From IMG/VR virus record IMGVR_UViG_3300027776_000002, positions 1-64,000 of that record: a stretch of 64,000 bases of DNA. One strand, given 5' to 3'. This document shows positions 23,669 through 34,555 of this stretch, piece after piece; the first letter of the stretch is position 1; the number at the start of each line of letters is the position of its first letter. The notes below the pieces were generated by a model, which was not told where the DNA came from, made no database searches, and worked only from the letters and a program-made list of their open reading frames with translations. This DNA comes from a virus. Taxonomy: Duplodnaviria > Caudoviricetes. Made by a program: the position numbers and the translations under genes.

Positions 23669-25231
23669 ATGCGACAGCTCACTCGAATCGTGGCCGCAGT
23701 CGTGGACACGAAAAAAGCCATCCTCTATAAGGAAGATGGTACTGCTATCGAGATTTTTCAGGGCGACGTACGACTTCGCCCAATTCTCGAATACATCACC
23801 CCACTGCTGATCAAGCAGAACTACGCTGACATCGATCTCAGCACTCCAAATTCGTTCAAGGAATTTGAACAAGCCAGTAGTGGTTTTCGCTTCTTCAAAA
23901 TTGCCAAGGCGAAGTTCAACGAACTCTTCCATGGAAAGAACAATCCAATTGATCCGACTGTTATCGGTTTAGTCCCCATTGAGAGCGTCGTAGCAAGCCG
24001 TCAGGCAGCCGTTCAGGAAATCATCGCCCATGCCACACCAGTCACTGCCGCCACTTTTAGCGAAGAGGGTGTGGCTCCTCAGCGACCTACTGCGGTTGAT
24101 GGGCATACGCCGAATGACAGTCGTCCAAACGATGGGCAGGATGGCCACTACGACAAACATCCCGATACCATCATTGCAGTGACACCAAAGGGTCGAGTTA
24201 TTCCCGGTGCCGAACGCATCAAAAGCCAATTTGATGGTGCCGTTAAAAGCGGTAGCACAAGGGGAATGGAAATCTTCCTGGAACGCATTGGTCGTGTAAT
24301 TGACAAACGTAAGCATACTGTCGATGATCTTCTGCGATTCATGGAACGTGGTGATCTTCCAGTGGCAGATGACGGTACGATTATCATCTACAAAAAACTC
24401 TATCGTCGTGATGAACATTACGTTGATGCACATAGCAAAAACGTAAAACAACGAGTAGGATCGTTCGTTCATATGGATGAAAAGATGGTAGATCCTAACC
24501 GTCGAAACGAATGCTCGAATGGTCTGCACGTTGCCCGTCGTGGATATGTGGGCAGCTTCTCGGGTGATGTGATCGTGCTAGCAAAGGTCCGTCCGGAAGA
24601 TGTAATTGCAGTACCAGATTACGATGCCAACAAAATGCGTGTGTGTGGTTATCACATCATCGCCGAATTGGACAAAGCGCAGTATCAAGCCATCAACTCA
24701 AACCGTCCGATCTCTGCTGCTGAAGGTGGCAACAAACTCTTGAGTCGTGCCATTGCTGGTGATCACATTGGCGTGATCGAACACGTCAAGATCACACAGA
24801 ACAATGGTGGTGGATTGGAGATCACACCGAAGGGTGAAGCTGCTCCAACTGTTCCTACTCCCAAAACCGCCAGCAAGCGCCCCAACAGCTCCAAGAAGGC
24901 GAAGAAGAAGATACCTGCCAAGAAGGCCAAGCCCAAAACGAAGCGTACTGTGAAGCCGCTGGAAGCGGCTCAGGCAGCAACGGATTCGCATGTCGATGTG
25001 AAGAAGGTTGTCGCCAAGACGAAGGACACCACGAAGAGTCTCAGCGAAGATGCACCAAAGCAAATCACACAAACGGATGTTGTGACTCAGATGTGGAACA
25101 AGGCTATTGGTGGTGACAAAAAGAAGGCGAAGGAATTGCTGGACTTCAAGAAAAAGGCAAAGAAAAGTTGGACGGTGTGGAATTTGCCAAATACCGCAGG
25201 CGATACGCTGAAAGCTCTACTCGATCCGTAA
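23669..25231 (+). CDS. rIIB: rIIB-like protein
   Basis: DGTIIIYK...VGSFVHM...CSNGLHV...VPDYDANKMRVCGY. Confidence 0.9.
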   Translation: MRQLTRIVAAVVDTKKAILYKEDGTAIEIFQGDVRLRPILEYITPLLIKQNYADIDLSTPNSFKEFEQASSGFRFFKIAKAKFNELFHGKNNPIDPTVIGLVPIESVVASRQAAVQEIIAHATPVTAATFSEEGVAPQRPTAVDGHTPNDSRPNDGQDGHYDKHPDTIIAVTPKGRVIPGAERIKSQFDGAVKSGSTRGMEIFLERIGRVIDKRKHTVDDLLRFMERGDLPVADDGTIIIYKKLYRRDEHYVDAHSKNVKQRVGSFVHMDEKMVDPNRRNECSNGLHVARRGYVGSFSGDVIVLAKVRPEDVIAVPDYDANKMRVCGYHIIAELDKAQYQAINSNRPISAAEGGNKLLSRAIAGDHIGVIEHVKITQNNGGGLEITPKGEAAPTVPTPKTASKRPNSSKKAKKKIPAKKAKPKTKRTVKPLEAAQAATDSHVDVKKVVAKTKDTTKSLSEDAPKQITQTDVVTQMWNKAIGGDKKKAKELLDFKKKAKKSWTVWNLPNTAGDTLKALLDP

Positions 25232-25242
25232 GCGACTTCCAA

Positions 25243-25283
25243 GATACCCCGAGTATAGAAATATACTTGGGGTATTTCTTTTT
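25243..25283 (+). terminator. Intrinsic terminator
   Basis: ATACCCCGAGTAT/ATACTTGGGGTAT stem followed by TTCTTTTT. Confidence 0.8.
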
Positions 25284-25300
25284 CACCCGAGGTAAATTGT

Positions 25301-25639
25301 ATGTCCACCGTTTATCGCGCAAACCGGAAGGCAACCGACGCCGACATTATCCGAATGAACAGTGTCGGATTGTCACTGACTACTATTGCAGCTGCGTTGG
25401 ACTGTCACCCTACTACTATCACACTTCGTCTGAAATCACTAAAGATCAAACCAGCAGATACACGTCGAAGTTTCATGGAAGACATCTTCTTGAAGCTCAC
25501 TCCCGATCAACAGGAGTGGCTTGCAGATCAAGTTACAAATACTTCTGTGAAAGACTACGTGCATCAACTGATTGTCGATAAGCATAAACAGACGCAGAAC
25601 CAAGGAACCAAGAATGAAAATCCAGGAACTCCCCCGTAA
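25301..25639 (+). CDS. HTH DNA-binding protein
   Basis: GLSLTTIAAALDCHPTTITLRL helix-turn-helix. Confidence 0.75.
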   Translation: MSTVYRANRKATDADIIRMNSVGLSLTTIAAALDCHPTTITLRLKSLKIKPADTRRSFMEDIFLKLTPDQQEWLADQVTNTSVKDYVHQLIVDKHKQTQNQGTKNENPGTPP

Positions 25640-26075
25640 TCCGCTGGCTGATACCTATCGATGGTTCGGTAAGGCGGTTTCAAAGCCAACGCAACAGAGC
25701 GTATCTGTGCAGATCGGTGTGCACTTCGAAGAAGTAGGCGAAATGCTCAATGCAATTCAGACAGATGATTATGTTACTGCACAATACTTAGATGCAGCAC
25801 AAAACACATTGGAAGGTTTAGCAAATCATCTTAAAAAAACGCATCCTGTGCTGCGGATTAAAGATCGTGTTGCTTTCATCGATTCGATTGCTGATCAACT
25901 CGTAACTGCAATAGGTTCGGCGTATATGCTCCAAATGGATCCTATCGGAGCATTGATCGAAGTGAACGAGTCGAACTACTCGAAGTTCGTCGATGGCGAA
26001 CCATTGTTCGATGAGAATAAGAAGATCAAGAAAGGTCCAAACTACCGGAAGCCAGATCTCAGCCGTTTTGCTTGA
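25614..26075 (+). CDS. All-alpha NTP pyrophosphohydrolase (MazG/PRA-PH-like)
   Basis: HFEEVGEML...DSIADQLVT...EVNESNYSKF...KIKKGPNY. Confidence 0.85.
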   Translation: MKIQELPRNPLADTYRWFGKAVSKPTQQSVSVQIGVHFEEVGEMLNAIQTDDYVTAQYLDAAQNTLEGLANHLKKTHPVLRIKDRVAFIDSIADQLVTAIGSAYMLQMDPIGALIEVNESNYSKFVDGEPLFDENKKIKKGPNYRKPDLSRFA

Positions 26076-26096
26076 GCTTCTACCACGAGAACACCG

Positions 26097-26125
26097 AAGC
26101 CCCCATATTAGATGGGGGCTTTTTT
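26097..26125 (+). terminator. Intrinsic terminator
   Basis: AAGCCCCCAT-ATTAG-ATGGGGGCTT-TTTT. Confidence 0.85.
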
Positions 26126-26139
26126 GTCGGAGATTTACG

Positions 26140-27438
26140 ATGCAAGACAACACCATGAACCTCAACGAAGGACAGCAAGCCGCAGCTGATGGTTTCTTTC
26201 AATTCCTGTTCGACAAAGGTACCGAGCTGATCATTAGCGGACCTGGAGGCGTGGGTAAAACATTTCTGATGGGACACATGATCGACGAAATCATGCCTCG
26301 CTATCAGAGGACATGCAAAATGATGGGCATTCGGTCAGAGTTCGACGACGTGGTGATGACAGCCACAACGAACAAAGCTGCGGAAGTTCTCAGCATTGCA
26401 ACCAATCGTCCGACTCAGACGATCCATTCCTTCATGAATCTTAAAGTGAAGGATGATTACAAGACTGGCAAGAGTCTTCTTGAGAAGACGAACAACTGGC
26501 GCATCCATAGGAACATGATCATCTTTGTCGATGAAGCATCGATGATCGATCATGCTCTATTGGAGAAGATTCGTGAAGGTACGTTCCAGTGCAAGATCGT
26601 GTACGTCGGTGATCATTGTCAGCTGGCTCCGATCATGGAACCAATCAGCCCAATCTATCGCTACAACCTGCCATTCTTTGAACTGACGGAACCAATGCGA
26701 AATAACAATCAGCCTGCGCTGATGCAACTATGTCAGCAACTTCGAAATACGGTTGAAACAGGTGACTTCTACCCAGTGCGTATTCGCCCTGGTGTTATCG
26801 ATCTATTGAATGATGCAGAAATGGAAGCTGAAATCGAGAACACATTTAAGCAAGATGCCGATGCTCGAATTCTGGCTTACACCAATCAACGTGTCGTGAT
26901 GTACAACAATCACATTCGAGAACTTCGTCAGTTCCATGACACCTACATTCTGGGTGAGAGACTCATCAACAACAGCGCCATCCAAACATCCAAGGGAATG
27001 ATCTCCGTCGAAGAGGAATTGGAAATCATTAAATTAGGTAGTGCGATCGAAACAATCCACATTGATGGTCAAGTTTCAATGGATGTTCGATACGCCGATC
27101 TGCAAAACAAGTTCGGAGATGTGTATACCGATGTTCCTCTACCAGAGGACAAAGAGCATTTCCATCAATTGATCAAATTCTATGGAAAGAATAAAGCCTG
27201 GAATCATTATTTTCATTTAAAAAACAGCTATCCTGATCTCCGTCCTCGTGATGCTGCTACAGTGCATAAAGCCCAAGGCAGCACCTACGACACAGTATAC
27301 GTCGATTTGACAAACCTGAGCACCTGTCGCAATCCAATCGAAGCCGCTCGACTCTTATACGTGGCATTTACCCGTGCTCGCAATCGAGTCGTCCTCTATG
27401 GACAGTTGGCGGACAAGTACGGAGGTCTGATTCAGTAG
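26140..27438 (+). CDS. SF1B DNA helicase (Dda/RecD-like)
   Basis: GPGGVGKT, FVDEASM, VGDHCQL, TVHKAQGST, YVAFTRAR; GGAG RBS before ATG 26140. Confidence 0.93.
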   Translation: MQDNTMNLNEGQQAAADGFFQFLFDKGTELIISGPGGVGKTFLMGHMIDEIMPRYQRTCKMMGIRSEFDDVVMTATTNKAAEVLSIATNRPTQTIHSFMNLKVKDDYKTGKSLLEKTNNWRIHRNMIIFVDEASMIDHALLEKIREGTFQCKIVYVGDHCQLAPIMEPISPIYRYNLPFFELTEPMRNNNQPALMQLCQQLRNTVETGDFYPVRIRPGVIDLLNDAEMEAEIENTFKQDADARILAYTNQRVVMYNNHIRELRQFHDTYILGERLINNSAIQTSKGMISVEEELEIIKLGSAIETIHIDGQVSMDVRYADLQNKFGDVYTDVPLPEDKEHFHQLIKFYGKNKAWNHYFHLKNSYPDLRPRDAATVHKAQGSTYDTVYVDLTNLSTCRNPIEAARLLYVAFTRARNRVVLYGQLADKYGGLIQ

Positions 27439-27446
27439 GAGTCATC

Positions 27447-27965
27447 ATGAAAAATTCGCACGAATGGATCGACAAAATCATTGCAGCATTGTTCGCACCA
27501 GAAAAACGTCGAATCGATAAGATGGTGGAAGATCTCAACCGCAAAAATTCAGAGATCAAGAAGAAAGTCTTCCACGGATTCATACATCTTGGGGAACGGT
27601 ATATACCCGGAGCCTCCAAGCCACAGATGGTGACGAATCGTCGAATGCAGATACCAATGCCATCACTCGCATTCGAGTTGAACGACGAAGCAAGTGCCTT
27701 CATATCGGATGTTAGAAAAGTCCAATTGGACGAAGATCAAATTAGGCAAGTCCTATTCAAGTTACTTCACCAAGCCAACAGTCTTCAAGAGATTCGAGAT
27801 TCACTCCCAGACTCAGTTGTCCCATTGGTTCCAGAAATAGCCCAACTTAATCGTTGTACCGAAAACCCAACATGGTTCATTCGCAATGACGCTCGTGCTC
27901 TGAAGATGTACGAAAAGATGCTTCCAAAAATCGAGATGTATGCGATAAGCCGATTGATCTACTGA
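27447..27965 (+). CDS. Conserved N4-like hypothetical protein (between helicase and polymerase)
   Basis: AGGAG RBS; synteny. Confidence 0.75.
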   Translation: MKNSHEWIDKIIAALFAPEKRRIDKMVEDLNRKNSEIKKKVFHGFIHLGERYIPGASKPQMVTNRRMQIPMPSLAFELNDEASAFISDVRKVQLDEDQIRQVLFKLLHQANSLQEIRDSLPDSVVPLVPEIAQLNRCTENPTWFIRNDARALKMYEKMLPKIEMYAISRLIY

Positions 27966-27973
27966 GGTTTCCA

Positions 27974-30595
27974 ATGGCATACTTGACCTACTCTGCAACG
28001 GAGCACGGCAACTATCCGCTTTGCTTTTTGGTTCCAAGCATCCGCAAGGAAGAGATCCAGAAAGAGTACATCGATCCATTCGAAATCCCGCATGACGATG
28101 TGCTCGTTCTGGATCTGCACTACTCCCAAGACAAGAAGAAGACACCAGCGGAAGAAATGAAAGAGTTCATCACCAGTGAATTGGTGCGAATTCTTGAAGA
28201 CATGCAAGTGAAATATATTGCAGTCGCAGATGCGGATTACTTCAAGCTGTTGACGAAAGTCACGAAGGTCGATGTCAATCTTGGCTACGTGTTGGACTGC
28301 GCATACGGTCCATGGAAAGTTGCGTATATACCGAACTACCGATCAGTGTTCTATGACCCGGTGAAGGTGCGCGCAAAGATCAAGCAAGGAATGGAAGCGT
28401 TGGTTGCACACGCTTCCAATAGCTATGAAGTTCCAGGCAACGACATCATCCACTTCGCTGAATATCCTAGAACCAATAAGGAAATTGAAGCATGGTTGGA
28501 AAGACTTCTGGCGATGGATTGTGATCTCACTATCGACATCGAAGCATTCGACCTAAAGCATCACAAGGCAGGGATTGGCACGATCACGTTCTGTTGGTCG
28601 AAGCATGAAGGCATTGCCTTCCCAGTAGATTACGTCGAGATTCCTGGAGCCACAGAAGCACCATTCGGACGACAAGTCCGGAACGAAGAAATTCGGATTT
28701 TGCTCAGAAGTTTTTTCGAAAGATATTTGCGACGTGCAATCTATCACAGCATCAGCTATGACGTATACGACTTGATTTATCAGTTGTATATGACAAATCT
28801 TTTGGACAATGAAGGTCTACTTCAAGGCATCGAAATTCTTCTCAGAAATTGGGAAGACACGAAACTCATCACCTATCTGGCAACAAATAGCTGTGCAGGG
28901 AACAAGCTCTCGCTGAAAGATCAAGCCCAGGAGTATTCAGGCAACTATGCTCAAAGCGAAATTGCTGACATCACCCGAATTCCGTTGACAGATTTACTGA
29001 GATACAACCTCATTGATGGACTATCTACTTGGTACGTCTATGAGAAGTATTGGCAGACAATGATCGATGATAAGCAAGAAGAGATCTACATCAATCTTTT
29101 CAAGCCAGCAACTATCGACATCATCCAGATGCAATTGACTGGTCTGCCGGTAAATAAGCAGCGTGCGATAGAAGTCAACGCTCAGCTGACCAAAGAAGAA
29201 GAAGCACTGAATCAAAAGATCTTATCCAATCCGATCATCGAGGAATTCACGAGAGACTATCTCAACGTGGAATACGCCAACAAGATGAACGCAAAGTGGA
29301 AGAAGAAGAGGATCACTCCACAGGAAGCAAATCAAGTTTTCAATCCGAATTCGGATCAGCAGAAACGAGCACTGTTTTTCACTTGGCTGCAGTTACCTGT
29401 GATTAATCTCACAGACAGCAAGTTGCCAAGCACGAATGGTGAAACTATCGAAGCGTTGATGAATCACACAGATCATCCGCTGTTGAAAGAATTGCTGGAA
29501 TCATTCCAACTCCTGTCAATCATCAATACGCTCACGACGAATTTCATGCCGAATATCTTGACAGCTGTCGAGGGTCCAGATGGTTGGCATTACTTGTTCG
29601 GGAACTACAACCTTGGAGGGACAATTTCAGGGCGTCTCAGTAGCTCGGATCCAAATCTGCAAAATCTCCCAAGCACAGGCAAGGGGCATAAGATCAAATT
29701 GGTGTACATCAAGATGGTGAAGAGTTGTTTCCAAGCACCACCTGGATGGATGTTCTGTGGTGTGGATTTCGCATCGTTGGAAGATCGAATCTCAGCACTT
29801 ACTACGAAGGATCCGAACAAGCTCAAAGTCTATACGGATGGTTACGATGGGCATTCGCTTCGTGCATTTGCGTACTTCGGAAAGCAGATGCCGGACATCG
29901 ATGGCAATTCAGTCGATAGCATCAATTCGATTCAGAAGAAGTACAAGCCCCTCCGAGATAGATCTAAAAATCCCACATTCACTTTGACGTATCAGGGCAC
30001 TTGGCACGCACTTGTTAAGAAATACGGATTTACTCCAGAACAGGCAAAAGAAGTCGAAAGGCTGTATCATGTTCTATACGAAGTGAGTGATGCGTGGGTT
30101 AACAAGCAACTCGATGCAGCTATGACCGATGGCTATATCACAGCCGCCTTCGGATTGCGACTCAGGACGCCTCTCCTGAAACAGGTAATTCGAGGCAATA
30201 GCAAGACGCCCTATGAGGCAGAAGCCGAAGGGAGAACAGCTGGTAACGCTCTAGGCCAAAGCTGGTGCCTGCTCAACAGCCGCGCCTGGGTCGAGTTCAT
30301 GCAAAAGGTCAGGCAATCAAAATTTCGATGTGCCATTCGACCATGCGCTCAAATCCACGATGCGGGATACGCCTTAGTCAAGGATGATATCGCACCACTG
30401 ATGTTCATGAACGAACACTTGATCGAAGCAGTGAAGTGGCAAAACCATCCTGACATTTGGCATGACGAAGTGAAAATCGGCGGTGAACTCGGAATCTTTT
30501 ATCCAAATTGGAACACTGAAATCACCATCCCCAATTCTGCGACAGCAGATCAAATCTTCGAGATCATCGAAGACAACCTAAAGGAAAAGAAATGA
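27974..30595 (+). CDS. Family A DNA polymerase with 3'-5' exonuclease
   Basis: Exo I DIEAF; GRLSSSDPNLQN; motif A DFASLEDR; motif B RSKNPTFTLTYQG; motif C QIHDA. Confidence 0.97.
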   Translation: MAYLTYSATEHGNYPLCFLVPSIRKEEIQKEYIDPFEIPHDDVLVLDLHYSQDKKKTPAEEMKEFITSELVRILEDMQVKYIAVADADYFKLLTKVTKVDVNLGYVLDCAYGPWKVAYIPNYRSVFYDPVKVRAKIKQGMEALVAHASNSYEVPGNDIIHFAEYPRTNKEIEAWLERLLAMDCDLTIDIEAFDLKHHKAGIGTITFCWSKHEGIAFPVDYVEIPGATEAPFGRQVRNEEIRILLRSFFERYLRRAIYHSISYDVYDLIYQLYMTNLLDNEGLLQGIEILLRNWEDTKLITYLATNSCAGNKLSLKDQAQEYSGNYAQSEIADITRIPLTDLLRYNLIDGLSTWYVYEKYWQTMIDDKQEEIYINLFKPATIDIIQMQLTGLPVNKQRAIEVNAQLTKEEEALNQKILSNPIIEEFTRDYLNVEYANKMNAKWKKKRITPQEANQVFNPNSDQQKRALFFTWLQLPVINLTDSKLPSTNGETIEALMNHTDHPLLKELLESFQLLSIINTLTTNFMPNILTAVEGPDGWHYLFGNYNLGGTISGRLSSSDPNLQNLPSTGKGHKIKLVYIKMVKSCFQAPPGWMFCGVDFASLEDRISALTTKDPNKLKVYTDGYDGHSLRAFAYFGKQMPDIDGNSVDSINSIQKKYKPLRDRSKNPTFTLTYQGTWHALVKKYGFTPEQAKEVERLYHVLYEVSDAWVNKQLDAAMTDGYITAAFGLRLRTPLLKQVIRGNSKTPYEAEAEGRTAGNALGQSWCLLNSRAWVEFMQKVRQSKFRCAIRPCAQIHDAGYALVKDDIAPLMFMNEHLIEAVKWQNHPDIWHDEVKIGGELGIFYPNWNTEITIPNSATADQIFEIIEDNLKEKK

Positions 30596-30975
30596 ATCCA
30601 AATCAAAAGAATCACCATCATCTGATCTCTGGCGAAATCGTATTCCAACAGGAAGGCGAAGAAGGTATCGCTTCGATTCGATGCAACGGTGTCCTAATCG
30701 CTGATACTCGTGATCTGCCCGTTCGTCTAATGGGTAAGGCTCAGCAAATCCTGCAAGTAAATTTCCACAATCGCATGAAGGGTCAAAAAATCCAAGTGCT
30801 TGATGTGGTGCTGATGAACTTTACCTATTTGGGTCATATGACCCAAGAGGAATTTAATCAGCCTCCGCAAGGCACTAAACTACAAGAAAAAACTCAACCT
30901 GTTCCCGATTTGGAAACCGCAATCGCAGAAGCTAAGACTCAATCGAGCAATAGTGTTCCTGCCAATCCGAGGTGA
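30592..30975 (+). CDS. Conserved N4-like hypothetical protein
   Basis: ATGA overlap; synteny. Confidence 0.7.
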   Translation: MNPNQKNHHHLISGEIVFQQEGEEGIASIRCNGVLIADTRDLPVRLMGKAQQILQVNFHNRMKGQKIQVLDVVLMNFTYLGHMTQEEFNQPPQGTKLQEKTQPVPDLETAIAEAKTQSSNSVPANPR

Positions 30976-30978
30976 TCC

Positions 30979-31254
30979 ATGTCCAATGACGCAGGCGGTG
31001 GTCTGACTAGCTATTACCTCGTTCAAGTGGGTTATCCACAACGCGAGGAACAAGGACCATATCAAGCAGAGTGCGAAGACATTATCGAAGCACTTGAACT
31101 AACTTTCGATGAAGGTAATATCTTCAAAGCAATTTGGAGAAATGCCAATGCACGAAAGGGTCGAGCGAAACCAGGAAATACTGCAATTCGTGATGCCGAA
31201 AAAATTCTGCATTACGCTGGCAGGATTCATCGCAAGGCATCAAGAGAAAACTGA
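30979..31254 (+). CDS. DUF3310/SaV-like protein
   Basis: CEDIIEALELTFDEGNIFKAIWR...DAEKILHYA. Confidence 0.7.
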   Translation: MSNDAGGGLTSYYLVQVGYPQREEQGPYQAECEDIIEALELTFDEGNIFKAIWRNANARKGRAKPGNTAIRDAEKILHYAGRIHRKASREN

Positions 31255-31259
31255 TCGTG

Positions 31260-31295
31260 GATCGTAGCTCTTTCTTGGAGCTACGATCTTTTTTA
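31260..31295 (+). terminator. Intrinsic terminator
   Basis: GATCGTAGCTC/GAGCTACGATC followed by TTTTTT. Confidence 0.85.
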
Positions 31296-31312
31296 TTTCA
31301 CAGGAGGACACT

Positions 31313-32335
31313 ATGCCTATCACAAATCAAGGCGACATCCCGTTAGGATTAGCTGTTTGGTTGGTTCATGATGAATACGACTACATCAACCAACCGAATT
31401 ACATTTCGGTAACGAGTTTGATGAAACCACTTCGTCATATCATTCTTCCACCACGAGTTCCAAGAGAACTTCAGCAATCGGATGTGCAGGATTTCGTCTC
31501 CCGTGCACTCGGTCATTCTCTACATGACAGTATCGAGAAAGCATGGGTCAAAGGATACCGTCGAAGCCTTCAACTGATGGGCTATCCAGACAGTGTCATC
31601 GATCGAATTCTAATTAACCCGACCCCAGAAGAACTGGCCATGATTAAAGATCCAATTCCCGTTTATCTCGAACAGCGTGCATTCCGAAAGATTGTGGTCA
31701 ATGGAACGATATACACCATCGGTGGCAAATTCGACATGACCGCTGATGGAATTCTCCACGACAACAAATCCACCACTGCTTATACCTGGCTTTACGGAAC
31801 TAGAGATGATGAACATAAACTGCAAGGTAGCTTGTACAAGTGGTTGGATAAGGACGGTTACACAGATGCGAAATGCGAATGTCCACTGGGCTTGAATCGC
31901 ATCACCGAAGATTTCATCCGCATCAATTACATCTTCACCGATTGGCAGAAGATGTCTGCTCGCCAGAATCCAAAGTATCCTCAAAGCAGAATTCTCTATA
32001 AGGACATTCCATTGATGACGGATTCCGAAGTGGATGCGTGGATCAAATGGAAAGTGGGTCTAGTGGAGCAATACAAAAACACTCCTGAAAACCAACTTCC
32101 GGAATGTACTGATGAAGAGCTATGGCGTTCATCTCCACAGTACAAGTATTATGCTGATCCAACCAAAACCAATGGGCGTTCGACAAAGAATTTCGACGAT
32201 CCAGGCGAAGCCCGAGCGTATTTGGCAGAGAAGGGTGGTCGAGGAGTTGTCCTAACTGTTCCGGGTGAAGTAAAACGATGCGGTTATTGCAACGCATTCC
32301 CCATCTGCACGCAAAAAGACAGGTACTTCCCATGA
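31313..32335 (+). CDS. PD-(D/E)XK exonuclease (Cas4-like, N4 gp42-like)
   Basis: GGKFD...HDNKST nuclease motif; C-terminal CGYC...C. Confidence 0.85.
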   Translation: MPITNQGDIPLGLAVWLVHDEYDYINQPNYISVTSLMKPLRHIILPPRVPRELQQSDVQDFVSRALGHSLHDSIEKAWVKGYRRSLQLMGYPDSVIDRILINPTPEELAMIKDPIPVYLEQRAFRKIVVNGTIYTIGGKFDMTADGILHDNKSTTAYTWLYGTRDDEHKLQGSLYKWLDKDGYTDAKCECPLGLNRITEDFIRINYIFTDWQKMSARQNPKYPQSRILYKDIPLMTDSEVDAWIKWKVGLVEQYKNTPENQLPECTDEELWRSSPQYKYYADPTKTNGRSTKNFDDPGEARAYLAEKGGRGVVLTVPGEVKRCGYCNAFPICTQKDRYFP

Positions 32336-34488
32336 TCGATATGACAGGCGTGGAGCACCATCCAGCAATCGAAGAGATTACTGAAGTGCTCTGCAACAAA
32401 ACACAGAACACCGACAGGGGGTTTTTTCGCACAGAAGTTGCTTACTTCCTTGCGAAGATGGCAAGCAACATGCGAGCTACCATTGTCACGAAAGATCGTG
32501 GCGATATTCCAGTAAATCTCTATGCATTAGCTCTGGCAACATCGGGTTTCGGTAAGGGTCACTCCGTCAACATCATGGAGAATGAATTTATCCGTGGGTT
32601 CAAGAAGCGTTTCATGGAAGACGCTCTCCCAGTGATCGCAGAAAAACATCTCTGGGACATTGCAAACGACCGTGCTGCTCGCAATGGATCGGATCCTGCT
32701 GAGGAATACGAAACCATCGAAAAGGAATTCAAGCGGGCTGGCGCCTATCCTTTCACCTTTGACAGTGGTACTCCACCGGCAGTAAAACAGTTACGCCACA
32801 AACTGTTGCTTGCAAACTGCGGGGCTATCAATTTGCAAATCGATGAGATCGGATCCAATTTGATTGGTTCGACTGACGTGCTTACTCTATTTCTTGAGCT
32901 TTATGATCAAGGTACAGTAAAGCAAAAGCTCACCAAGAACACGAATGAAAACATTCGTGCTGAAGAATTAGATGGCAAGACACCAACAAATATGCTGCTG
33001 TTTGGTACGCCAAGCAAATTACTCGATGGTGGTCCAACCGAGGAGCAATTTTATTCGTTCCTTGAAACCGGCTATGCACGTCGTTGCTTGTTCGGATACG
33101 GTCAACATGATCGAAAGGCTTTCAACAGCCAAACTCCACAAGAGATTTATGCACGTCTGACCCAACCAACCAATCACAATGCAGTAGCAAAGTGGGCGAA
33201 CCAATTTCACAAGCTGGCCGATCCTGCAATGTACGGCTGGAAGATGACCGTCGAAGACGACGTGGCAATTCGTCTCCTGGAATACAAGATCTACTGCGAG
33301 CGCAGTTCCGACTCGATGGCAGATCACGAAGAGATCCGAAAAGCCGAACTGAGCCATCGTTATTTCAAGGCTCTAAAACTGGCCGGTGCGTTCGCTTTCA
33401 TTGACGAAAGTGCAGAGATCGAAATGAACCATCTGATGCAAGCAATTCTGCTTGTTGAAGAAAGTGGCAAATCATTTCAAACAATTCTTAGTCGTGAGAA
33501 AACTTATGTCAAGCTGGCAAAGTACATCGCAGCTGTGGGAACCGAAGTCACTCACGCTGACTTACTCGAAGCACTGCCATTCTACAAAAGTGGTAATGCT
33601 GCACGCAATGAAATGATGACGCTTGCGATTGCCTGGGGTTATAGACAGCATATTGTGATCAAAAAATTCTTTATCGATGGAATCGAATTCTTCAAGGGTG
33701 AAACCTTGGAGGAAACGAATTTGGAACAAATGATCGTATCTTATAGTGATCACTGGGCATACAACTATGGGACCGAACGTGTTCCATTCGAGCAACTGCA
33801 TGTGTTAACGCAAGCTCCAGGAATGCACTGGGCCAACCATGGCTTCAAGAACTTCCATCGTGCAGAAGAGAATGTCATCGCTGGGTTCAACATGGTCGTC
33901 ATTGACGTGGATGGTGGTATCTCACTTGAAGCTGTACACGACCTGTTAAAGGAATACAAATTCATGACCTACACCACCAAGCGTCATCAAGTGGAAAATC
34001 ATGGAGACAGATTCCGTGTAATTATTCCTATCAACTATGTACTGGAGTTGGACTCTGATGAATACAAAGAGTTCATGGTCAACATCACGAATTGGCTTCC
34101 ATTTAAAACAGATGAAGCTGCGAACCAAAGAGCAAGAAAATGGGAGTCGTTCGACGGTGGAACGTATCACTACAATCTCGAAGGTGAAATCCTGGATGCT
34201 CTGAAGTTCATCCCTAAGACTAGCAAAAACGAGCAGTACAAGCGTCACTTCCAGGAAGTCGAATCCCTCGACAATCTGGAACGGTGGTTCGCTCAGCGAA
34301 TTGCTTCAGGTAATCGAAACAACCAAATGTTGAGATATGCAATGGCTTTGGTTGATACTGGTATGTCATTGATGGATGTGAGTAAACAAGTACATTCTTT
34401 TAATGACAAGCTCAACACACCACTGGATAAAAACGAGATCGACACGACCATCATGGTGAGCGTGGCGAAGAAGTACACCGCCAGTTGA
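32332..34488 (+). CDS. DNA primase (N4 gp43-like)
   Basis: P-loop SGFGKG; prim-pol motifs VIDVD, TTKRH, RFRVIIP; C-terminal GNRNNQM (PriCT-like). Confidence 0.88.
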   Translation: MIDMTGVEHHPAIEEITEVLCNKTQNTDRGFFRTEVAYFLAKMASNMRATIVTKDRGDIPVNLYALALATSGFGKGHSVNIMENEFIRGFKKRFMEDALPVIAEKHLWDIANDRAARNGSDPAEEYETIEKEFKRAGAYPFTFDSGTPPAVKQLRHKLLLANCGAINLQIDEIGSNLIGSTDVLTLFLELYDQGTVKQKLTKNTNENIRAEELDGKTPTNMLLFGTPSKLLDGGPTEEQFYSFLETGYARRCLFGYGQHDRKAFNSQTPQEIYARLTQPTNHNAVAKWANQFHKLADPAMYGWKMTVEDDVAIRLLEYKIYCERSSDSMADHEEIRKAELSHRYFKALKLAGAFAFIDESAEIEMNHLMQAILLVEESGKSFQTILSREKTYVKLAKYIAAVGTEVTHADLLEALPFYKSGNAARNEMMTLAIAWGYRQHIVIKKFFIDGIEFFKGETLEETNLEQMIVSYSDHWAYNYGTERVPFEQLHVLTQAPGMHWANHGFKNFHRAEENVIAGFNMVVIDVDGGISLEAVHDLLKEYKFMTYTTKRHQVENHGDRFRVIIPINYVLELDSDEYKEFMVNITNWLPFKTDEAANQRARKWESFDGGTYHYNLEGEILDALKFIPKTSKNEQYKRHFQEVESLDNLERWFAQRIASGNRNNQMLRYAMALVDTGMSLMDVSKQVHSFNDKLNTPLDKNEIDTTIMVSVAKKYTAS

Positions 34489-34497
34489 TTCGTAGCG

Positions 34498-34535
34498 ACT
34501 GCCAGTTCTTTTGCTCGGCTTAGGACTGGCAGTTT
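34498..34535 (+). terminator. Terminator-like hairpin
   Basis: ACTGCCAGTTC/GGACTGGCAGT with short T tail. Confidence 0.55.
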
Positions 34536-34555
34536 TGCAAAGAGAGGAGGTTTCA

